A stretch of DNA of 64,000 nt from Macrostomum lignano (taxonomy: Eukaryota). The notes beneath the pieces are model-generated. The model saw nothing but the letters and a program-made list of their open reading frames with translations. It searched no databases and was not told the origin of the DNA. Each line of letters starts with the position of its first letter. The stretch's first letter is position 1. Positions 51,241-61,397 of the stretch are shown here, one piece after another. The stretch lies in NCBI GenBank assembly GCA_002269645.1, contig NIVC01000236.1, positions 496,001-560,000 on the forward strand, read 5' to 3'. Position numbers and translations under genes: made by a program.

Positions 51241-52470
51241 GTTTTTTGGCTATTTACTGTTCTCAAGGGCTGACATCTTACGCTCTGCAAGTGAGACAAA
51301 AACGCTCCGACAGGGCAGAGTCCCAGAGCTGAGACACAGCGCGCCTTGAATAGAGAACGCCCCCCGCCAGCAACTTCAGTAGAACAAAGACACTCAGTAG
51401 AACAAAGTCGATCGAGTGGAGTTCGAACTCGAATCGGGTAGCGCCACCAGCGCTCGCCTCGGTTGCCGGTGGCGCGGTCGGCGCGCTCTCTGCGGCTGCA
51501 GTTCCCGTCGAGACAGCCAGCGGGGTGGCGCTGGCGGATGGCTGGAAAGTCTCGGCACGTCCAGCAAGTGCTGCTAGCAGCTGGCCAGTGTGCCGAGTTT
51601 GCACGATGGGCCCAGAGCCGACAGTGCAATGGTGGTCACCGCGGCGATGTCGATGACGACCTCAGCCCAGCGACTGCTTTCCACTGCTGTGGCTGAAGAA
51701 ACTGAAGTCTTGATAGAGCAGGCGGTCGCTGATTTGGAACTGGCAGGCCGCCCTCTGCTGCTCAAGTCGCTGCTCCTGCCGCTGTTGCACGGCGCTGGTC
51801 AGTGATGGCACCAGGAGACCCAAACGTCGGCTGGAAGCAGAGACTCTGACACTGTGTGGCGCATTGTAGTAGGCCAACAGCAGACGTTGGAGCTCCGCTT
51901 CGGAGTGGCCGCTCTTGCTCAGCTGCCGCTTCAGGACGGCCCGGCTGTTGGTCACCCGATGGAACGGCGCCGAAAATGCGTGCTGGATGCCGTTGGACTT
52001 GACGAACTCGGGGAACCCGGGGCGAATCGCGGCCCATTATCGGACACCAGAACTCTTGGCAGACCGAGGCGAGCAAAGATCTCTCTCATGCAGGTACTTG
52101 TGGCAGCTGCTATGCATGCGCTGGACCTCCATCCACTGCCAGTGCGCATCCACCAGAACCAGGTTGCTGTAGCCGTCCACAGGTCCCGCAAAGTCGATGG
52201 GCAGCCACTTCGATGGCTCGACTGGAGACTCGACCGGGTCCACTTGATTGAGCTGGCATGGATGTGCGACAGGCCTTGACCGCAGTCTTCAGGGCCTTGT
52301 CGATGTTCCACCACCAGACGTAGCTCTGGGCTAGTGCACGCATCCGGCTGATGCCAAGGCGGTCGTGAAGCTCGCTAAGCACAAGCTCTCCAATGCTGTC
52401 AGAATTGCGGCTCTGGTGCCCCACAGAAAGCAGCCTTGGTTGCCAGCAGCTGAGGTTGACTCCCGAGTGA
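51240..52470 (-). mobile_element. Degenerate Ty3/gypsy integrase remnant
   Basis: LHDRLGISRMRALAQSYVWW (zinc-binding region), IDFAGP, VLVDAH, LPRVLVSDNGPRF and LLAYYNAPHS, spread over several frames. Confidence 0.85.
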
Positions 52471-53479
52471 CGTACAGCAGCTTTGGAGAGACGGTTCGCA
52501 CAACTAAAAAAGTTGAGCTGGCACCTGAACCATGGCGATCGAACCTCTGACGAAAAACAGGATCAAAAACAGACCAAAATCGTAAGGGAAAGTGCGAGGG
52601 ATGCAGGAGAAAAATTAGTAGAAAATGAATTGTCAAACGAGATCAACAGATCGATAATCCCTTAAAAACATCGACAAAGGCGCGGGAAAATGTATAGTGC
52701 GCTCGTAAATTCATCAACAGTTTACAAAAGGCTTTCAAGCTGCAAAACTCTCATGATTTATGAATTCAAACACAAGGCTCAGGCTATAATATAGCCGAGG
52801 CGCCAAAGAGTCAAAACCACCGAACTGAGCACCAGGGTCGAAGCAAGGGCTTCTAGCTGACTATAAAAGATTTACACCATTCTACAGTAGAGCTAATTAA
52901 TGCGTATTTTTTTCAATCTTGTTTTGATTCTCTGAATTTCACACCGCGTTGAAACTAAAGTTGGTACATCGCGTACGAAATCAAGGATTGAGCGCATACA
53001 TGTATGCAATTGCATCGATTGTTGTGGGCCCCGACGATCGGGCTTCTATCGTTACTACACGTTTGTCAACCGGCAGTTTCAACTGATGACCCATATTATT
53101 GTACATGAATAATTAAACACTTACTTTGTCCCTTTCAAGCGCCTGAATATCTATGAGCTGCAGTATCTGACCTCACTCGTAGATAAATGTATGTACCGAT
53201 CTCAACACAACTGATTGTTCTGTAAGATTCTGGATTTGACCCCACGCAGGGACAACTAAAACCCTCGGGACGCGAAACGAGCCAATTCATGGCAAAAAAT
53301 CTGAGGGGCTCGCTTAAAAGTATTGTTCTATGGCTTTTTCAAGTCTTCTCTGCTATCAGGCATTAACGGTTAGATTAAATAGTAAAGCGAGGCAATGTCG
53401 AGTATTTAATTTAAAGAATAGGAACCAGTGATATAATTACAATGTAATTTACAATAAAGTAACCGCCATATCAACAAAA

Positions 53480-53645
53480 AACTCCAACGGCAAGAAGATA
53501 AAAGATGAAAGCAAAGATATAACTCCAACGGCAAGAAGATAAAAGATGAAAGCAAAGATATAACTCCACCGGCAAGAAGATAAAGGATGAAAGCGAAGAT
53601 GAAACTCCAACGGCAAGAAAATAGAAGCAAATACGGAACTCCAAG
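53480..53645. repeat. 41-bp tandem repeat (~4 copies) in the subterminal region of the P element
   Basis: actcc recurs at 53481, 53522, 53563 and 53604. Confidence 0.9.
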
Positions 53646-53733
53646 GACAAGACGACACAAACAGTCAGTAGCTCGTACATAAAGGTAACGCTGGAACTTC
53701 ACCTACTGAGCATCTAACTTCCGAAGCTTTCTA

Positions 53734-56483
53734 TCATGGGATGTCGTCGGTATTGGTGGGAGTTTTGACGAGCGTCTTACTAGTCCTTTGAAAAAAACGT
53801 TGGCTAGCCGACGGGACACTGTCCATGCTGAACTGTGTCTTAGTTGGAAAGTAAAAGTCCTTAATAACATAAAACAGCTTCTGCACGCGAGTTGCGCACG
53901 TAGGAGAGTGCAGAATAAAACTGCTGTAGCAGAGACAGGATAAGTCTAACAGCCATTGTGGAGGATGACAAAGCTTTCCGCGAGATAACTCTTCAGTGAA
54001 TTCGCTGGCTGGAATGCTCGTCTCTGATATCAAATCTGTTCCTTTGATGCCTGCCTTCTTTAGTCGCTGTATAACCTGTCAATTTCCAATTAAGCACGGT
54101 TTGAATTGTTTTTTATGAGATTGTGTAAAACCTCGTTGTGAATTAAATTTTAATTAATATCCAGCTTACCTGCGATATAGTGTAGAGCGAAGCCATCTCC
54201 GAAATGGAAAGCTCCTCTGATTTAGCGGCACAATTATCAATGGTCGCCAGTTCAATTTCATTCAGCTGTTCATTGCAACATTTGCTCCGATCGTGCTTGT
54301 AGTCTGCTAATTCAAGGGATGCCAATAATTTCATTCGTCGGAGTCGAGCACTGAGCAGCACTTGCTCCACAGATACATAGTAGTTGCCGCCGCTCATTTG
54401 GCGATATACGCCAGCCAGCCAGCAGAACGTAGCTGATTCGTGGGTCGGACAAAAGAACCTCACACATCTCACAGGCTCCGCGCAGTGAGTTTACTAGCGC
54501 TGACTTGGTCTCGGGCGTCAATGAATGATGGCGAGCTCGGCCTTTTCCACAATGTGTCGAATCAAACGAATCCGCGAGCGCGCTAAGAAATTGTATGCTT
54601 TCATCTTGAACGGAATAGACTGGTCGCCTGTCCGGATCCCGTAGTCGTGCGTGTAGATCAGGATTTTTACAATTGACAATTTTCCAGAATCTCACTATGG
54701 TTTTGATAAATTCCGCAGTGTCTGAGTATCCATCACACTTCAATGCAGCGGCAACCCTTTCATCGAGAACTTGGAGAGCGAGACTGACTTTAGTTTTCTG
54801 AGTGCTTGTGGGATAACAGGCCTCATGAGTTAGACATGTGCGCTTGACTACGTGGTCTTTCTCCATTTGGTACAGGCGTACCACGTCTGACCATTTAGCG
54901 GATATCTGTCTGTCAGCGCCAGGAGGTTGAATGCTTAGAATTCCATTCGCTTCCATTTGCCAATTGTTGCGAATGCATTTGATAATGTGAACGAAATCGA
55001 ACAGCATGAAGAATTCCGACTCCTGTGCAGCATCCGTTCCAATCCATGGCTTCTCTCTTCCATCGCTAAATAAAGCAAAACACTTGCGGTTGGTCGGGTG
55101 ATTGTCGCTGACGAGAGCAACGACACGGCTACCGTTGTTGTTAATTGCTTTAATACATTGGCTGACGCATTTTCGCAGAAACTCCGCAGACAAAATGTAT
55201 GTCGGCAATAGTCGGACTACAAACAGTTTTCCACCAAGTAATGGCTTTACCATTATGGCCAAAATTGTCCTAGCAACCTGGTCCGGATCGAACATATTAC
55301 GCAGTTTCGCTGAGCTCCTGATAGACTAGCAAAAACTGACTGGATCACATCGGCTGCGTCGGTTTCTGTGCCAACTTCTCCTGTACCTGCTAGTTGCAGC
55401 TGCAGCGTTCGGGGATGAGGCAATGGCAATAGCTTCCGTAGGTAAGAGTAAGCCGAACTACTGATCAAGTAGAGCAATGCTGACTGTCGCACTAGTGAAA
55501 TGTCATAGCGGCGATTGTTCCGATTTACTAATGTAAGGCTAAGTTGTCGAATCAAAAACTGAAGCGACCGATCCAAATCAGAGTCAGAATCTATATCGTC
55601 ACTGATTCTACTAACAAACGCTTCGACTTCACGTTGGGGATTGGCGTCGGAATTTTTGCACCGCACGACAACAGCATCCAGTTGCGACCAGCGCTTGAGT
55701 GTCGGTTGAAATCCCAACAAGTCTCGAACCGAAATCGGTGTATGCAGTTTGAATGCACGAATCAGAAAGTTGGGTGAGACAAAAATTCGAACAGACAGGT
55801 CTCCATCTTTATCTAACGTAAACAAGTAAACGTCTTCGTTCAGAATAGCTGTGTTCAGTGCATGTCGAGATACGACATCCGAATTTTTCACCTCAGCTCG
55901 AAAACTTTCCCATGCCGGCAAAAAATCAAGCAGCTGAAAAGCGTCCATCTCATCGATGTCGCTGCACCTCGCGTCAGAAAGAACACCGCGCTTTTCGGCC
56001 TGTCGGTCTTGGTCTAAAATAAGAGTAAAAATAAAAGTAAGATAATTGTGAGCGGCAAAATCGATATAGACGCTAAGTGTTGAGCAATCTTTAAGTTACG
56101 TACCTTGGTTCTGAACAAAACACGAGCTAGGAACTCCATTAAAAACAGAAGGAGGATTAATTGGCCTTTTGGTAGAGTTTTTCTTGACCATTGGAGCATC
56201 GCTTGGCCAATGCTTTACGCACACGCCCATATTGTCAGTCACTCTAAACTAATAAATTTTGGGTTTCAAGTTGTTTGGACGAGACTGGCATGCAGAATTG
56301 AAGCGGAATTATGCAGCAGTAATGACAGCAAATGATCTGGTTTCTTACCTGGAGAATATTTGGCAGCGCCTTTCTCCATCGCTCTCGCTCCTGTGGATCT
56401 CTGGGAAACGCAAATGTCCGTGTTCGAACGGCTTCAGAGTTGTAATTTGACGAGCACGGAAATACGCTGCACTTTCTTGGCAT
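53734..56483 (-). pseudogene. THAP-domain P-type transposase pseudogene
   Basis: Exons 56483-56349 and 56248-56104, exon 3 from 56013, and a last exon ending 53734. THAP intact through PPSVF. Frameshifting deletions near 55295 (first catalytic D) and near 54415 (catalytic E), plus small frameshifts near 54180 and 54050. Confidence 0.88.
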
Positions 56484-58231
56484 TTCATCAAGTGAATAAA
56501 AAATGCTTCTCTTGATATAGTTCAGCTTAGCTTCACTGCTGGCCGCAGCTAAAGCAATTTTAATTTGCCTGATAGCAGAGAAGACTTGAAAAAGCCATAG
56601 AACAATACTTTTAAGCGAGCCCCTCAGATTTTTTGCCATGAATTGGCTCGTTTCGCGTCCCGAGGGTTTTAGTTGTCCCTGACCCCACGCTGATGGCAAA
56701 GGGTCGGGGGTTGCAGCTAAGGGAACGCATTGCACCGAGTAACCTAAAGAAGGGACAACTTATAAGATCGACTCAACTCTTTGGTTTTTGCAATCTATTT
56801 TACCATTCTGTTAGACATTTGAGCCGTATGAATAAAGTGAGCAGTTACTCAAACTCAAACTCAATATTTTCAGAAATTCTCAGTTTGAGCATTTACTTCT
56901 GTCAGTATGAAAAATCGGATCATAAACTAAATTGCGAAGCATTTGCTCAAGATGCAGCGAGGCTGCCCTAGTCTGCCCTGCCCTAGTCACAGCAGACATT
57001 ATAAGAAAAGCCTTCGGACATGGCAGAATCATGCCCAAAAAGGCCCCAGCGCGCCGCAAAAGCTATTTAGTTTTCATTCTCACAAGCCACTCTCTTGGTA
57101 TATAAGCTTCAGATGCATGTAAAGGTCAATAGAATAGAGTGGGAAGACGTTTTGTCTATGGTTTAAAGTGGCTGAGGATTTGCTCCATGGTCGCGGAGGA
57201 AATTCTCAGAGCTTGATCGAGGACTTTCTTTATTCATGTCCTCTTTGAGCATTTGCTCGTACTCGGAGAATATTTGGCCGTATGAATAAAGTGAGTAGTT
57301 GCTCAAACTCGGCGAGATTCTCAAATCAGTATGAATAAAATGAGTGCGTCCTCCTGAGCAGTCTTGACTTACTTGACTTAGCTGCAGGGCTGTCCTGTGC
57401 TCAAAATCAATTTCCCAAGAGTTAGTGCTCTCCCCGTGAGCAAATGCTCGGTGGCTGAGTAGAGACTCGCTTCAGTATTAATAAACTCTGGTCATAGACA
57501 AATTGTCTTGAGATCTTGCTCAGCAAAAGTTGAGTCTCCTCTGTAGTAGACTCACTGGTTGAGCAGCATCCAGCCACTGCTTTGAAAGTGAATCTTCCAG
57601 CCACTGCCTGCCACTGGCTACTTGTGTTATTCCAGATGGCCGAATTCATTCCAGACAGAGTGCCAGCGGAGCAAAAACTATATATGGAGCGACACAGTAT
57701 GGACGTGTATCGGACGATGAGTATAAGCGGCTCTTTCGTTTCCCTCGTGAAAGCGTTGGGTTTCTGGGATCTCGTCGTCGTCAGTTTCTACCGGGCCCAT
57801 CTCTGTTGAATTCCTGTTGAAATCAAACTAACGCAAAGCTAAGCTAAGTCTACTTCTACTTCGAGACAGACGCTAGGATGAAAAGATAAGACGATGTATC
57901 CCCACTCGCCCCGGGCGAACGTCTATGGTCTCAGTGTAAATTTCATTTATTTGCATCGGTACAAATAAATGGTTTATTTCACTCGCCCAAAGACAATATG
58001 AAACGCTGCTTCTATAACTGCTCACTTGGCTACATAGAGAGAATTGTATAGAAATTCTGCTATAGACCATAGACATTCTTCAACGTGGGGGCACGTAGGA
58101 TATAAAATTAACATAGAATCCTAATTTTAAAAACAAAAGCCTAATGATTATGAAATAGAGCTATAAGAAAGGCAAGACATAAAAATATAATCCATAATAT
58201 GAAAAGTCTGCCTCCTAAAGCAATGGTAGAT

Positions 58232-59191
58232 TGTGTAGTATGTATTAGGCTAATATAGGATTTTTCGTTTGATTTCATAAAATTGTCATTTGATTTCGTC
58301 CATAGAAGTTGGCAGCGCGGCCATAGAGTCTATGGCAATAAAGTGCGCTGTTTTCCGATTGAATTCATAACTTTGCCACTAATTAATTTCGACATACCCA
58401 GTAGAAAGGCAACCGAAAAGTCGATGCGCTTGTCCAGTACAGAAAGAACTGTTAAAAACAGAAAGCTGTGTATTTAAGTCACATGAGGAAGTAGGCAGTT
58501 GCAACAGTGAAATCAGTTATGTCCGCCAAAGTTAATGCTCGTTCGCTGCAACAAGCTACAAATTTCACATTATCTGCTGCTCATTGATGCACAGGGGCAG
58601 AAACCGCATCACATGTCGTTCCCAGGCAAGGCACTTCGCGGCGGAAATTTCCTCTCGTGCAACGTAGCCGCAGCGGAAAAGCACCATGAGTCTCCACTGC
58701 GTTAGGTTGATGCCATCAGGCGGATTGCTAAGTTCCTGTTGAAGCTCAGGTGTTGCTAGCTGGCGTTTAAGCGAAGCCTTGAGACAACTGTGTGCCTGCT
58801 TCGCGGCGTTAAGAAATGGAGAGTACGGTGGCAGAGTTCGCAGTTGAATACGATTGGCCGCGTTTATACGTTTCCAATGGACGCGTATGCAGCCATTTTT
58901 AGGCACACAAGGAAGGTGACTGTTGCCCAAGAAGAGGACACGTTCATATAGGGTTTTCATTTCTATGAGAGGTTTGGCCATAGATATTCACCCACTGGTA
59001 TCCCAGCCCCCTCTGACAGTGTTTGAGTCACTCCGCGCGTCAAGTCGAAATGAAGTGGCAAAGTTATGAATTCAATCGGAAAACAGCGCACTTTTTTGCC
59101 ATAGACTCTATGGCCGCGCTGCCAACTTCTATGGACAAAATCAAATGACAATTTTATGAAATCAAACGAAAAATCCTATACATACTACACA
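58232..59191 (-). mobile_element. Tc1/mariner-IS630-like non-autonomous deletion derivative with ~140-150-bp TIRs
   Basis: 58232-58380 is the reverse complement of 59054-59191 (a few mismatches and one short indel). Internal ORF 58565-58981 contains LRTLPPYSPFLN, the DDE_3 motif preceding the catalytic Glu, which is here mutated. Confidence 0.85.
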
Positions 59192-59685
59192 CGCTCATTA
59201 CTCTATGGCCAAGAGTCCCGCGATCATTACGTACCGCATAGATGTTTTCATTTCGTACTGCTTAGAATTGTCTCGAAGGACTGGCCATAAACAATTTTTA
59301 GAGCTTGGATAGAATTTCTAGAGATGAGTAGAAGAGTAGAGGGCATACGGTCGACCATGCATAGACCAAGACTAAAGACTCGATCTTTAAGGGTCTGTTT
59401 TCTAAGGCACGACAAGAGAAATTTCACGCTTGTCTCAAGATGGCTTTGATCAATTGGAAACATCTTTCCTGCGAATCGTTGGACATGGAGTTAGCGACTG
59501 TGAACTGAGCTCTATTACTGAGCTAAGAATTATACTGATCACCACGACGACACCGATCTACAGAATTTTATTGGCTTCCTTTACGAATCTACAGGCAAAC
59601 TCTGAAGATTATGTTTCCGGAGTCAAATTGCCAGAATTACCAGAGTCTGTTGCTGCCGACATAGACAATTAAAGTCGAGTTAGAC

Positions 59686-60159
59686 TTGTTACCGCGCTTC
59701 ACCCAAGAACAAATGATGCAAAAGGGAGGACGATTCATTGACTTCATCCGCAAGCATACGGCCGAAGAAGTACAAAGCATGACAAACGAGAAGCTAGGAG
59801 AGTATCTTCGTTTCTATTACTTTGGACTAAAGAAATCTGATGGAAGTGTTATACTGATCATATTGCAGTGTCTGATATACGCATATTTCATATATACATG
59901 TATGTATTCTCAAATGCCTAGTGTATTTATGGTCCCTTCTGTTAAATAAACTGTTTTGTCTATGGTTGAAATGCGCGTAGGAAGCCTGAAATAATGGTGT
60001 TCCTTGGAAAATCATTATGACTCGGGTAGGCCATAGAATAATGATAGATTGTGTATATGGTTTTGGAGGTAGCTCGTAGACAATGATAAAATTTTCACGA
60101 GTGGCGAAGCCACGAGTGACTAAAATTTATCATTGTCTATGACAAAACCATATACACAA
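59686..60159 (+). mobile_element. Crypton-like (DUF3504-type tyrosine recombinase) fragment with a downstream palindromic end
   Basis: EKLGEYLRFYYFGLKKSDGS resembles the L..FY...RK.DG motif of CryptonA/DUF3504 proteins; a 111-bp palindrome lies at 60049-60159. Recognised by motif only. Confidence 0.5.
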
Positions 60160-61051
60160 ACACATTGTCTCATGAATGTATTTTTAGAAGCCTAAAATAA
60201 TGATTCCTAAGCGTGGAATAATGAGCGTACAGCATGACACAATGATAATTTTTGTGCTGAAGAAATGAAATGTACGAGTATAAAACGTTTTTCGGTGAAA
60301 ATGGCCTCCTAAAATTTTTCCAAGAACCGTAGTTTGTATTCCTTTTACTTGAATAGTCCTTTTACTCAATTAATTTCTTAGATAAAATGCTGGGAGACAG
60401 GTAAATGAAAGTATTTCTGTCGTATCGCTAAGTGCAGTTAGTATCTAGAGCACTTTAGCTGAATGGGGTTTCGCCCCATTTTCTAATCTGCGCTAGAAAA
60501 ATCCGATTTCTTTTGAGCGAAATTAATTGTATCGGTTGTACAAAGACTCTATTGACCAAACATGTTCATTCTGACACATGTACTTAATAATTTTTAAAAT
60601 CCCGGAATTGTTTCACTTTTAGAAATTTTAACACTCTTGCACCATTCTTATGTAAATAGTAAAAAATCAGCAAAAAGCAAAATAACTTTTATTGGGATAA
60701 TACATTTCATAATTATTCATTGATATTTTGATCTTTCAACTGATCTAGAAAACGAAAAGGCGCAAATTCATGTTACTGGTCATGCGGCAATTTTATTATT
60801 AATAATAAAGAATTGTTTATTAAATTCGTTAAGCTAGGAATGAAGTTTCGCTCCCTTAGAAAAGTTTTTGGTGCTTGTACTGTCTTATGGGTAAGTAAGA
60901 ATAATTATTTTCTGAAATTCTTTACTAATTACTTAAATAGAGTTAAATTCTTTCATTTTGCATTGCCTGTTTCTGCTGTTTTTTTATTGTAGAGCCTTAG
61001 ATGGTCATTTTAATTTTTAAGGAGTGTCAATGAATGACAATATTTCTGGAA

Positions 61052-61086
61052 ATGAATAACCGGCACCAACAAGACTACCAACAACT
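61052..61086 (+). CDS. First coding exon of a diverged eIF4G paralog (partial; the rest is not in the window or is lost)
   Basis: ATG AAT AAC CGG CAC CAA CAA GAC TAC CAA CAA CT|GTATCCTTTC, versus the minus-strand copy ...CAT...CAA CC|GTATCCTTTC. The upstream intron (60891-60992) and UTR exon are also homologous. Confidence 0.65.
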
Positions 61087-61397
61087 GTATCCTTTCTAAC
61101 TAGGGCCTAACTTTCTATTATTAACTGCTGCGAAATTAACTTCATGTTAAACTGTTAACCCTTACAGTTTGTAATTGATTTTTCAATAATCTTTTTTGCT
61201 TTTATTCTACTACTATTAATAATACTAAAGATTATTTATTTGGTTAACCAACAAGCAACATATTAATAGTTAATAACTTTGAACAAACTGACTTACTTTA
61301 ATACCTACTAATTGATTTAGGATGGTTCTTAGTCTTAGAAATATATTTCTAGAATTATTTGGTTAGCTATTAGTATTAGTTAGATTATAATAATGAA

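Larger units (their letters stand above)
53247..56681 (-). mobile_element. P-element-superfamily (THAP9-like) DNA transposon, 3435 bp, with TSD
   Basis: 116-bp identical TIRs starting CAGGG (53247-53362 / 56566-56681); 8-bp TSD accccacg at 53239-53246 and 56682-56689. Confidence 0.96.
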
